Source: an uncultured virus (IMG/VR IMGVR_UViG_3300043409_001074)
Lineage: Duplodnaviria > Heunggongvirae > Uroviricota > Caudoviricetes
DNA: 20,000 nucleotides
IMG/VR virus record: IMGVR_UViG_3300043409_001074
Strand: one strand, 5' to 3'
Position 1 is the first letter of the stretch. Each line of letters opens with the position of its first letter. This document shows, piece after piece, positions 1 through 7,351 of this stretch. The notes under the pieces were generated by a model. The model had not been told where the DNA came from and did no database searches. It saw only the letters and a list, made by a program, of their open reading frames with translations. Position numbers and translations under genes: made by a program.

Positions 1-486
1 TGTTCCCTCTGCATCTGGGGCTTCTCCACGTTCCTTACCTAATCTTTTATTAGCAATATCACATTGTTCCCTAATATGTTTAAACATTACATTATTAATA
101 TTAATTGCTGCTAGACTTTCAAATACAATGTTATTTTTCTGAAGATATGCATGAAAACCTAATGCACCTAAACCAACTGATCTTTCTCTAGTAGCAGAAT
201 AAATTGCTCTAGAAATTGCCTGTGGGGCATCATCAATAAATGTCTGTAATACATTATCTAACATTTCCATAATATCAGAAATGAATAATTCATTATTTTT
301 CCATTCATCAAAATATTCTAATCCTACTGATGATAGGCAACATACTGCTGTTCTATCTTTATTAGTGGGTAATTCTATTTCGCTACAATTATGTAATAAT
401 ATCCCATTACCAAAGAAATTATGATTTCCTTCAACTGTAATATCATATACTGAAATTTCCTCGTCAAGATATTCTATTTTTAACAT
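1..486 (-). CDS. nrdA: Split-intein C-half (33 aa) fused to the C-terminal part of class I ribonucleotide reductase alpha subunit; runs off the window edge
   Basis: Not in the ORF track; translated by hand from ATG at 486 (AGGA SD at 494-497): MLKIEYLDEEISVYDITVEGNHNFFGNGILLHN|CSEIELPTNKDRTAVCCLSSVGLEYFDEWK...RERSVGLGALGFHAYLQKNN...RGEAPDAEGT. Intein blocks F/G (VYDITV..HNFF, terminal HN) are followed by RNR motifs CxEI, TAVCCLSS and RSVGLGALG. Confidence 0.95.
   Translation of the reverse strand, partial: MLKIEYLDEEISVYDITVEGNHNFFGNGILLHNCSEIELPTNKDRTAVCCLSSVGLEYFDEWKNNELFISDIMEMLDNVLQTFIDDAPQAISRAIYSATRERSVGLGALGFHAYLQKNNIVFESLAAININNVMFKHIREQCDIANKRLGKERGEAPDAEGT
388..486 (-). mobile_element. 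Split intein C-fragment (IntC)
   Basis: 33 aa ending His-Asn, followed by Cys+1 (codon 385-387); block F VYDITVEGNHNFF. Confidence 0.93.
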
Positions 487-1222
487 TTATTCTTCCTTTT
501 ATGTAACCTTTATTTAAATATTCATTTAATTGTGATTTATTTACTGCAATATTTTTGATACCATTATTTATAAATATTTTCCCCATTATAGACAGAGATA
601 GTTTTTTAATATGATCTTCAGTTTTCTTATTTTTTTCAATTTTTAATCCTGTCATATCTACTAACTTTGAATATATGTAATCTTTATTTCCTCTATATTT
701 AGAAAGAGATTTAGGAAAATTTACTATTCCATCATCAATTATTAGTTGGGATAATTTTCCGAAACTTAATATTTTACCTAATTCAATACATTTGCTGTAA
801 AGTAAATTAATAAAATTTTCATTATCTATTCCAGAATAACGCGGATTATTTTCCCCAGTTGAAGTTTCAATTATTTTTTGTCTCCATAATTCTTGTCTCT
901 CTAATGTCATTCTAGGTATCATCCAACCGCCTGTTCCCCCGGAAGTAGCATTGTATCCTAATTTCGGATTATCAGATTTATACATTTTTATCCAATATAT
1001 TTCTTTTTCTTTGGCTAAACTTTCATTTTCAATATTATCTTCTAATTTTTCAATAAAGAAATTTTCCGGTTTATGAAAATTTATGGCGAAATGAAATCTA
1101 AATTTAGGAATATTTCTAGCAACAGTTAAATGGGATTTAAATCTTGCTTCTAATTTTCTTCCAGTATATCCAATATAATTTTTATTATTAATAGTATTCC
1201 GTATTATATAAACAGTAAACAT
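464..1222 (-). CDS. Free-standing GIY-YIG homing endonuclease (Seg-like)
   Basis: N-terminal VYIIRN...NYIGYT, conserved R (ARFKSH), E (KEKEIYWI), GYN motif; GENNPRY NUMOD3-like motif; C-terminal FINNG...GYIKGR tail. Sits between the two nrdA halves and overlaps the IntC-nrdA start by 23 nt. Confidence 0.92.
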   Translation of the reverse strand: MFTVYIIRNTINNKNYIGYTGRKLEARFKSHLTVARNIPKFRFHFAINFHKPENFFIEKLEDNIENESLAKEKEIYWIKMYKSDNPKLGYNATSGGTGGWMIPRMTLERQELWRQKIIETSTGENNPRYSGIDNENFINLLYSKCIELGKILSFGKLSQLIIDDGIVNFPKSLSKYRGNKDYIYSKLVDMTGLKIEKNKKTEDHIKKLSLSIMGKIFINNGIKNIAVNKSQLNEYLNKGYIKGRINVKNRIS

Positions 1223-1224
1223 AA

Positions 1225-1272
1225 ATTCTCCTTGGTAAAATTATTTCTAGAAGTATTTATACCAAGGAGAAT
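1225..1272 (-). promoter_or_regulatory. RBS-sequestering hairpin with embedded T4-type late promoter TATAAATA upstream of the endonuclease
   Basis: Perfect 13-bp inverted repeat: attctccttggta (1225-1237) / taccaaggagaat (1260-1272). The downstream arm on the mRNA contains SD AAGGAG. TATAAATA on the minus strand at 1261-1254. Confidence 0.88.
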
Positions 1273-1279
1273 AGTTTAA

Positions 1280-2404
1280 TTAAGAATCACAAAATAATTT
1301 ATCAGTTTCCAATAATTCTTTAGCCATAACATATCCTCTATTAGTTGTATAAATTTTATGTTCTGGCGTGCAAATTATATAATTCCCATTTTCCATAGTT
1401 ATTTTCATAACTTTAGCTTTTGGATTAGTTAATGAAAAATGAGTTACAGGTTTAAATTCAAATTTATTTGTATTAATGTCATATGAATAAACTTTTATCA
1501 GCGATTTATTCATATAATTTCCTAGTTCACTCATTTTTACATCTATAATATTTTCATTTTCATCCAATATGGTAATTATTGTATCACCAGATACACAGAG
1601 ATTCGACTGTTGAATTTTCAATCCTCTATCTTTTAACCAATATGGTAAACCTTTATTAGCAGTATCAATAAAATGAAGATACGGTTCGCCAGTTTCAATT
1701 CTAGTAGTCATAATTTTCTGCCATAATTGTTTAGCAGAAATAGTATTTTTTACTTTCCCATTGGGGTCCTTCAATTGCCAGGAATCATCATAATTTTCAT
1801 ATTTCATGCAATTTTCAATAATTTTCATGAAATCATCAGTAATATTAATGCCATGATGAATATTAGGTGCCCGCATTCGGGGATCGCCTGTTGCTTTACG
1901 CATATCAATAAACATTTCAATATCAGGATGATCAATATTTAAATATGTTGCAAATGATCCACGTCTGCTAGTGCCTTGTTTATATGCTAATGTTGCAGCA
2001 TCATAAATTTTAAGATGTGGCATAATACCAACAGACAATTCATCTGCTGATCTAATATCAAAACCAATTCCAACACCACCACCAAGCATTGATAACCAAT
2101 TAGTTTCTGATAATGTATCTACTAACCCTTCCTTACTGTCGTGCAAATAGGGCAGATAGCAGGAAATAGGAAGTCCATTTTTAGTTCTTCCATATGATAA
2201 CACTGGTGTTGCGTATGATAACCAATGTTTAGAACTATAATCATATAATCTTTGTGCGTGTTCTGGATTTGAACTGAATTTCTGTGAAACGTATGCAAAT
2301 CGTTCCTGGGGTGAGGTTTCCTCTGGTCGCATATATGATTCTTTAAGTCTAGTAATTCCCAATTCATCAAATAAATTATCACGAGTTGTATCAATTTTAA
2401 TCAT
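1280..2404 (-). CDS. nrdA: N-terminal part of class I ribonucleotide reductase alpha subunit fused to split-intein N-half (105 aa)
   Basis: RNR motifs ATPVL, LPISC, GGGVG, QGTSRRGS, HPDI, TGEPY, QSNL, then intein block A CVSGDT and block B CTPEH, then stop. Short N-terminus without an evident ATP cone. Confidence 0.95.
   Translation of the reverse strand: MIKIDTTRDNLFDELGITRLKESYMRPEETSPQERFAYVSQKFSSNPEHAQRLYDYSSKHWLSYATPVLSYGRTKNGLPISCYLPYLHDSKEGLVDTLSETNWLSMLGGGVGIGFDIRSADELSVGIMPHLKIYDAATLAYKQGTSRRGSFATYLNIDHPDIEMFIDMRKATGDPRMRAPNIHHGINITDDFMKIIENCMKYENYDDSWQLKDPNGKVKNTISAKQLWQKIMTTRIETGEPYLHFIDTANKGLPYWLKDRGLKIQQSNLCVSGDTIITILDENENIIDVKMSELGNYMNKSLIKVYSYDINTNKFEFKPVTHFSLTNPKAKVMKITMENGNYIICTPEHKIYTTNRGYVMAKELLETDKLFCDS
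1283..1597 (-). mobile_element. Split intein N-fragment (IntN)
   Basis: Begins at Cys1 right after RNR SNL (CVSGDTIITI...), has the TxxH motif (CTPEHKIYT) and ends ...AKELLETDKLFCDS-stop with no endonuclease domain. Confidence 0.93.
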
Positions 2405-2444
2405 CTATTTTCCTATTACTATTTTTATGGTAGAGTATCTATTA

Positions 2445-3149
2445 TTATTGAATAAAGGAAAAATGCTTCTTTATTTCTTTTTTCATTAAATCAGAAATAA
2501 TTCTATGTTCTTTCTGGGAAGCCATTTCACTACGAATATCAGTATAATGAATAAACGATCTCAATGTTCCACTAAAATACATTCTAGTCATTAGATTACC
2601 TTCTGGTAATACACTTCTAGCATTTTCTTTTGCAATACCCAATTCAATTGCTCTATTATATTTCGATTCGGCAAATTCAATTACTTCTACTTGAATTTTA
2701 TACCATTCCTCATTAATAGGATCGTTATCATCAACAATTTCAATTGAATTTTGTCTATTTTTATTATCTTGTAATCTTGCCTCTCTGGAAACAAATCCTA
2801 ATTCTTTTGTTGGATCAGAATATCTTCCGCTAAACTCTTGAATCGAAAAGGATTTATGTCGGATAATTTGCCTTCCGATATCTCTTGTTGTATTAATTTC
2901 AAAACATAATGATACAATCTCAAATACTGACCAATGTTTATTTTTGATACAATAATTTAACAATTTTCCGCTAGTTAATGTATTCATTTGGTTTGATGGA
3001 TTCGATACTCTAGCAGTATATGCCAGAAATTCCTCTGGTGTCAATCGACAATTTGTTAGAGGATTGATTTTTAATGGTTCCGTCATTGCGATTAATTCTA
3101 CTGAAACATAATCACTATAATCTTTATATTTTTTATTTTTATCAATCAT
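2445..3149 (-). CDS. thyX: Flavin-dependent thymidylate synthase
   Basis: AYTARVSNP, HWSVFE, RHKSFSIQEFSGRY (RHRxxS...SxRY signature), KENARSVLP, QKEHR. Confidence 0.95.
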   Translation of the reverse strand: MIDKNKKYKDYSDYVSVELIAMTEPLKINPLTNCRLTPEEFLAYTARVSNPSNQMNTLTSGKLLNYCIKNKHWSVFEIVSLCFEINTTRDIGRQIIRHKSFSIQEFSGRYSDPTKELGFVSREARLQDNKNRQNSIEIVDDNDPINEEWYKIQVEVIEFAESKYNRAIELGIAKENARSVLPEGNLMTRMYFSGTLRSFIHYTDIRSEMASQKEHRIISDLMKKEIKKHFSFIQ

Positions 3150-3345
3150 TATTTTCTGGTTTCTCCCATGTCCAATTTACAACAACCCAATCATCTATAC
3201 ATATATCTTCTGTAATCCATTCATGATCTGGCCCAAATTTTTCTATCATCCTTTTACACCACCATGGCCAATATGTTTTCAATATTTCTTCTCTGGTGAT
3301 TTCTAAGGGACGATCTTCACCTAATTCATTATATAAATATATCAT
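3142..3345 (-). CDS. Small Trp-rich hypothetical protein
   Basis: 67-aa ORF tightly packed between primase and thyX (abuts one, overlaps the other by 8 nt). Confidence 0.7.
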   Translation of the reverse strand: MIYLYNELGEDRPLEITREEILKTYWPWWCKRMIEKFGPDHEWITEDICIDDWVVVNWTWEKPENND

Positions 3346-4377
3346 TTAACATTTTCTCCAATATTTCAATCTAAGTAATCCATCTAATGAAGAATGAATA
3401 TTATTCTTAATAATTATTTTAATTTCATTCTCATTCATGCCTGACATCACCATATCATTTATGTCTTTATGGTGTAGATTATCCGGCCAGATTACCACTT
3501 TTACACCACGTTTTATACAATTTTCTATTTTATGGACAATCTCTTTATTGCGGGGTTCATTATCGTATATTACAATTCCATTAGTATATAAATTTGGAAG
3601 TATAGTGTCATTGAATACAAAATCCGATCCACCCATTGCAATAGAATTATTTATAAACATAGAGTCAAATGGACCCTCGGTTATATAATATTCTTTATTG
3701 AAATTAATTGTATCAAGACCAAATATTTTAGGATAATCTTCATTGATTACTATCGAAAAATATTTCGGTTCTATCTTAGGATTAAATGCTCTACCCTGAA
3801 CAACAAACACTTCTTTCTTTTTATTGAAGAATGGAATTACCAATCTCGGTTCATCGCTATTAAGACTAAATTTATCTGGAAGTAGAGTATTAATCCATTC
3901 TCTAAATTTAGGAGCATAATATAACTTATGGTGATATTGTGTAGGAATTTTCCTATTCTCTACATACAATTTAGCTGAATGGTTATGTTTCAATTGTGAG
4001 ATTTTCTTTAACCCATTCATGATGATATCAACACCAATAAATTTAGGTTTGCTCATTTCTACATTTGGTAGTTTAGTATTATTTCTATGAACTTCTGTTG
4101 TAATTTCTAGAAATAATTCCTGACAATACTCATCATAGAGTGTAGTATTATATTGTTTTAGGAAATTCTTAAAGGACATACTTGCACTACAGTTATGACA
4201 ATAGAGAAAATATGAACTACCTTTCTCAAAGAAATAACATCTAGCCTTTAATTTATTAGTTGAACTATCTCCACATATTGGACATGAACAATTAGCTAGA
4301 TTATTAGATTTCCATCTAAAATTTCTTAATGCCGAACTATTTAAATTTACATATTTTTTATCTAACCATATACTCAT
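3346..4377 (-). CDS. gp61: T4 gp61-like DNA primase
   Basis: Zn finger CPICGDS...CHNC, PRLVIPFF, QGRA, TOPRIM EGPFDSMF, YDNEPRN, KDINDM. Start moved to ATG 4377 (MSIWLDKKY) because GGAGAG lies just upstream; the track start is TTG 4389. Confidence 0.93.
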   Translation of the reverse strand: MSIWLDKKYVNLNSSALRNFRWKSNNLANCSCPICGDSSTNKLKARCYFFEKGSSYFLYCHNCSASMSFKNFLKQYNTTLYDEYCQELFLEITTEVHRNNTKLPNVEMSKPKFIGVDIIMNGLKKISQLKHNHSAKLYVENRKIPTQYHHKLYYAPKFREWINTLLPDKFSLNSDEPRLVIPFFNKKKEVFVVQGRAFNPKIEPKYFSIVINEDYPKIFGLDTINFNKEYYITEGPFDSMFINNSIAMGGSDFVFNDTILPNLYTNGIVIYDNEPRNKEIVHKIENCIKRGVKVVIWPDNLHHKDINDMVMSGMNENEIKIIIKNNIHSSLDGLLRLKYWRKC

Positions 4378-4411
4378 ACTCTCTCCCAATTGAACTATAA
4401 GGAGAGAGTAT
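4376..4411 (-). promoter_or_regulatory. 11-bp hairpin covering the primase SD and start codon
   Basis: atactctctcc (4376-4386) / ggagagagtat (4401-4411), a perfect inverted repeat. Confidence 0.75.
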
Positions 4412-4438
4412 TATATCGTATGTCGGTTAATCTGTCAA
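4410..4438 (-). promoter_or_regulatory. Consensus sigma70-type promoter for primase-thyX-nrdA
   Basis: Minus strand TTGACA (4438-4433), 17-nt spacer, TATAAT (4415-4410), in the intergenic gap. Confidence 0.88.
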
Positions 4439-4441
4439 CAA

Positions 4442-4765
4442 CTATAGTTTTAGGATAAACTTGTATACTAGAGGCATAATGAACATTAATACAGCTAGAA
4501 TACCTGTGGCATACCATTTAAATTGTTCTAAGCTAGTTACTCTTTTTGCAATTTCTTTAACATTTTCATTGTCATGGATTTCTGATTTTTCCTGATTTAC
4601 TAATTTAAAATCATGCATAACAATAGTTTCTTTTAGTGATGCCAATACTAAAGAAAGTCTATCCATAGTATTTTCTAATCTAGTGAAAAATCCTACCAAT
4701 TGTGCCTGCTCCTTTTCAATGATAGCTAGGCGGGTATTTAAATTATTAGGAATTTCCGTTTCCAT
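4442..4765 (-). CDS. Coiled-coil protein with C-terminal transmembrane helix (XhlA/holin-accessory-like)
   Basis: Heptad-like N-terminal region, then RVTSLEQFKWYATGILAVLMFIMPLVY hydrophobic tail; 1-nt overlap with the upstream holin-like gene. Confidence 0.6.
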   Translation of the reverse strand: METEIPNNLNTRLAIIEKEQAQLVGFFTRLENTMDRLSLVLASLKETIVMHDFKLVNQEKSEIHDNENVKEIAKRVTSLEQFKWYATGILAVLMFIMPLVYKFILKL

Positions 4766-5304
4766 TATTTGTTATCCCCTATTAGAACATCTATTTGTTT
4801 CGTTTTCATAAATGATCCATTACTTGATCCAAAATAATAACTAAAAATAACCCCTATAATAGCATCCAAAGTCCCTAACGTTCTCATAATAATTTCCCGC
4901 ATCTCAGCAGGTAGTGTTTGTCCTGATACTACTAACCATATTTGGATAAAGGCATATACTATTAATATAAAATATGCTAAATATTTATTAGTATTATCCT
5001 GAGTATTTATTTCTCTGCTTCTAGCATTACTTCTATCATTAGTATCTAGAGAAATAACATCAATTTCCAATTGTTTCATTTGCAATTTGAAATTAGTTTC
5101 TAATTCTTTTAGTTTTAATAAAGTTTCTGGATTAGCCTTAGCGATTTCTTCATATACTTTGTCTTCGGGAGTATCTTCACTTAATCCTAATACTCCGGCT
5201 AATGATCTCACAGCCATTCCAGCTAGTGGGCCACCTAATGCCGTGGCGATAGTTGGAGCTACCGTTCCTAATATATTTTTAGCCGCTCGTAGTAATTCGT
5301 CCAT
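4765..5304 (-). CDS. Holin-like membrane protein (3TM / GTA-holin type)
   Basis: VAPTIATALGGPLAGMAV N-terminal segment, D-R-x-x-A-R motif, two hydrophobic helices, SYYFGSS end motif. Confidence 0.65.
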   Translation of the reverse strand: MDELLRAAKNILGTVAPTIATALGGPLAGMAVRSLAGVLGLSEDTPEDKVYEEIAKANPETLLKLKELETNFKLQMKQLEIDVISLDTNDRSNARSREINTQDNTNKYLAYFILIVYAFIQIWLVVSGQTLPAEMREIIMRTLGTLDAIIGVIFSYYFGSSNGSFMKTKQIDVLIGDNK

Positions 5305-5770
5305 CTTCCTTATCCTTATCCTTTTTCTTTATTTTCCTATTTTTTATACGAGATAATAAAGAAACAGATAGAAGCATATCTTTTCCTGCTATAGCAGGGC
5401 CAGTAACATTTACAGGAACTTCGGATTCTTGAACTAATAAAGATGTTTTAGTATGTAGAGGTAAATTTTTATTCATGAACATTTCTGAATTATTTTTCTC
5501 TAGAGATTTTTTAATTTTTAATACAATCATGTCAAATTGAGTAAAATACTTTAAATGATTTCTATCCATATGTTTTCTAGAAATTAAGATATTTCCATTT
5601 TCATCAATAATTTTGCATTGATACGCTGGCCAATCTTTAAATGGGACTAATAATCTACTTAATAATTCATATGAATAGACATTATTTAAATCTATTCTAT
5701 CATTATAAAGTGGATTTTTAATGATTCCATTTACTCTTAATGTATTTTCTACTGATCTACTATTATTCAT
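5279..5770 (-). CDS. Conserved hypothetical T4-like phage protein
   Basis: 163-aa ORF with overlapping stop/start junctions; LLVPFKDWPAY..KIIDENGNIL resembles a motif I recall from T4-like phage hypotheticals (unverified). Confidence 0.7.
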   Translation of the reverse strand: MNNSRSVENTLRVNGIIKNPLYNDRIDLNNVYSYELLSRLLVPFKDWPAYQCKIIDENGNILISRKHMDRNHLKYFTQFDMIVLKIKKSLEKNNSEMFMNKNLPLHTKTSLLVQESEVPVNVTGPAIAGKDMLLSVSLLSRIKNRKIKKKDKDKEDGRITTSG

Positions 5771-6180
5771 CTTTTAATCGTCCTAAGAACCCTAATTACT
5801 CCTTCATCCATTTCTATATCGTTAATATAAATATTATTATTATTATTATTTATATTAATTATAACTTCCGGTAGTGTGTTTAACATCACTAAAAATGGTT
5901 TTAGGATTGTATGGTATTTATCTAATTTTAGAAACAATATTCTATTGAGTGCCGTTTTATTGAATACGTTATACAACACAGTTAAATGATTTAATATTAA
6001 TCTGTATTGTAATTCTTCAGTTCTTAAATATTTATTAAAAATTCGTTTAATATAAATTATTCGCTCTAAATCTTCATAGAACTCTTTAGTTCCCATAGAA
6101 TTAATATTTTCATAATTTCTTGCTGCATATAATAGATAATTATCATTGGTTAATATTTCATTGTGTAAATTATTATTCAT
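5767..6180 (-). CDS. Conserved hypothetical T4-like phage protein
   Basis: NYLLYAARNY..EFYEDL.RI.YIKR...RLILNHL.VLYNVF pattern recognised from large T4-like phages; function unknown. Confidence 0.78.
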   Translation of the reverse strand: MNNNLHNEILTNDNYLLYAARNYENINSMGTKEFYEDLERIIYIKRIFNKYLRTEELQYRLILNHLTVLYNVFNKTALNRILFLKLDKYHTILKPFLVMLNTLPEVIININNNNNNIYINDIEMDEGVIRVLRTIKR

Positions 6181-6191
6181 AATTATCTCTA

Positions 6192-6479
6192 TTAAAATGC
6201 GGTTAGAGAAATTCTTCGTAATGTATTATTTGCTGTTGATAAGTAAAGATAATTAGCATCATAAAACATTTTACCTTTAGTAATAGTAATACTACTATTG
6301 CTTGGTGTAGTATTATTTGTAATGATAAAATTATTAACTGTCAATATATCTACATTACTAAAAAAATTATTGACGGTCACTTTTTTTGTGACCGCCAAAG
6401 TATCAGGATTAGTAACCATTACTAAATAATCAGAATTTAATACTGAATTTGCTGTAGATAATTCCGTAATTTTTGGCAT
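6192..6479 (-). CDS. Small putative virion structural protein
   Basis: KITEL...DYLVMV...TKKVT N-terminal motif and G.M.YDANYLYLSTANNTLRRISL C-terminal motif typical of fibre-associated phage proteins; AAGGA SD. Confidence 0.6.
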   Translation of the reverse strand: MPKITELSTANSVLNSDYLVMVTNPDTLAVTKKVTVNNFFSNVDILTVNNFIITNNTTPSNSSITITKGKMFYDANYLYLSTANNTLRRISLTAF

Positions 6480-6501
6480 ACTATATCCTTATGATTAATT
6501 A

Positions 6502-7350
6502 TTAGGTATCAGGATATATAGTATCGTCAGAACCATCACTAGCAATTGTTCCCATGGCAACTAATACTTCTGTTTGAACACGTCCAGCCCTATTACCCGT
6601 TCCAACACTACGTAAAACCCAGCCAGAATGCGCTACGCCGGTATTTTTACCACCACCTACGGCAACAGCCCCGGTAGCCTGAACGCCTTGTAGGGCATGT
6701 CCAGTTTGTGTTAAACCCTTGGTTAATGTAATACGATCGCCGGCTTTAGTTTCGGTTAAAGCCACAACAGTTGAATTAGCAAATTGGATATAATAATAAT
6801 TCCCACTTGTTAATCCTGAAATTGCAGTATTAGTAGAACTACATTCATATTTAACTCTATCATCCGCAGCGAAGAATGCAGCAGAGGAAATAGTAATTAC
6901 GCTATTCGCGCCACCATTTAGACCGGCTGTTACTGCGGAATTACTATTAAATGTAGTATTTGCAGGGGCAGCAATGGAAACTGATGGAGGCAATTTATAA
7001 GCACTTCCAGCAGTAGATACATTTAATGCACTAACTTTACCAATTGAATTTGCAGTAGCATTGGCAACGGCAGAGGCACCACCATTAACAGCAGTTAAAG
7101 TAACAACTGCATTTGCTGTATATCCACTACCAGTAGTAATTACAATTCCCTGAATTACTCCACCAGAATCAATTCCTACTTCTGTAGTATCTACTGCAAA
7201 TTGGCCAACTGATTTCCCAGTTACAAAACTACCTACAGTAACGTTTCCGTATAATGCAGTCCTATTTGCGGCATTTGCAGTTACACCAAATTGCGCTGGT
7301 GCATAAAATACTGAGTTTGCAGCATTATCTGTTTTATTCCATTGAGGCAT
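6502..7350 (-). CDS. Putative virion structural protein
   Basis: Gly/Ala/Thr/Asn-rich, GSGYT beta-repeats, AHSGWVLRSVGTGNRAGRVQTEVLVAM C-terminal motif; AGGAG SD. Confidence 0.7.
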   Translation of the reverse strand: MPQWNKTDNAANSVFYAPAQFGVTANAANRTALYGNVTVGSFVTGKSVGQFAVDTTEVGIDSGGVIQGIVITTGSGYTANAVVTLTAVNGGASAVANATANSIGKVSALNVSTAGSAYKLPPSVSIAAPANTTFNSNSAVTAGLNGGANSVITISSAAFFAADDRVKYECSSTNTAISGLTSGNYYYIQFANSTVVALTETKAGDRITLTKGLTQTGHALQGVQATGAVAVGGGKNTGVAHSGWVLRSVGTGNRAGRVQTEVLVAMGTIASDGSDDTIYPDT

Positions 7351-7351
7351 C

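Noticed and set aside
565..576. Palindromic TATTTATAAATA giving a TATAAATA about 80 nt upstream of IntC-nrdA; another TATAAATA at 3332-3339 on the plus strand
   Set aside because: Both lie in coding sequence, and all-AT 8-mers are expected by chance at this base composition; no supporting structure.
487..1282. Group I intron interrupting nrdA
   Set aside because: Only 57 nt of non-coding sequence, no room for a ribozyme core; intein motifs and a separate SD/ATG for the C-half explain the break.
1280..2404. nrdA as a truncated pseudogene
   Set aside because: The remainder is present as an intact IntC-fused ORF from 486 with all splicing residues retained.
6374..6394. cggtcac-T7-gtgaccg 7-bp hairpin
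   Set aside because: Inside a CDS (AVTKKVTV) with no following U-tract on the coding strand; insufficient support for a terminator.
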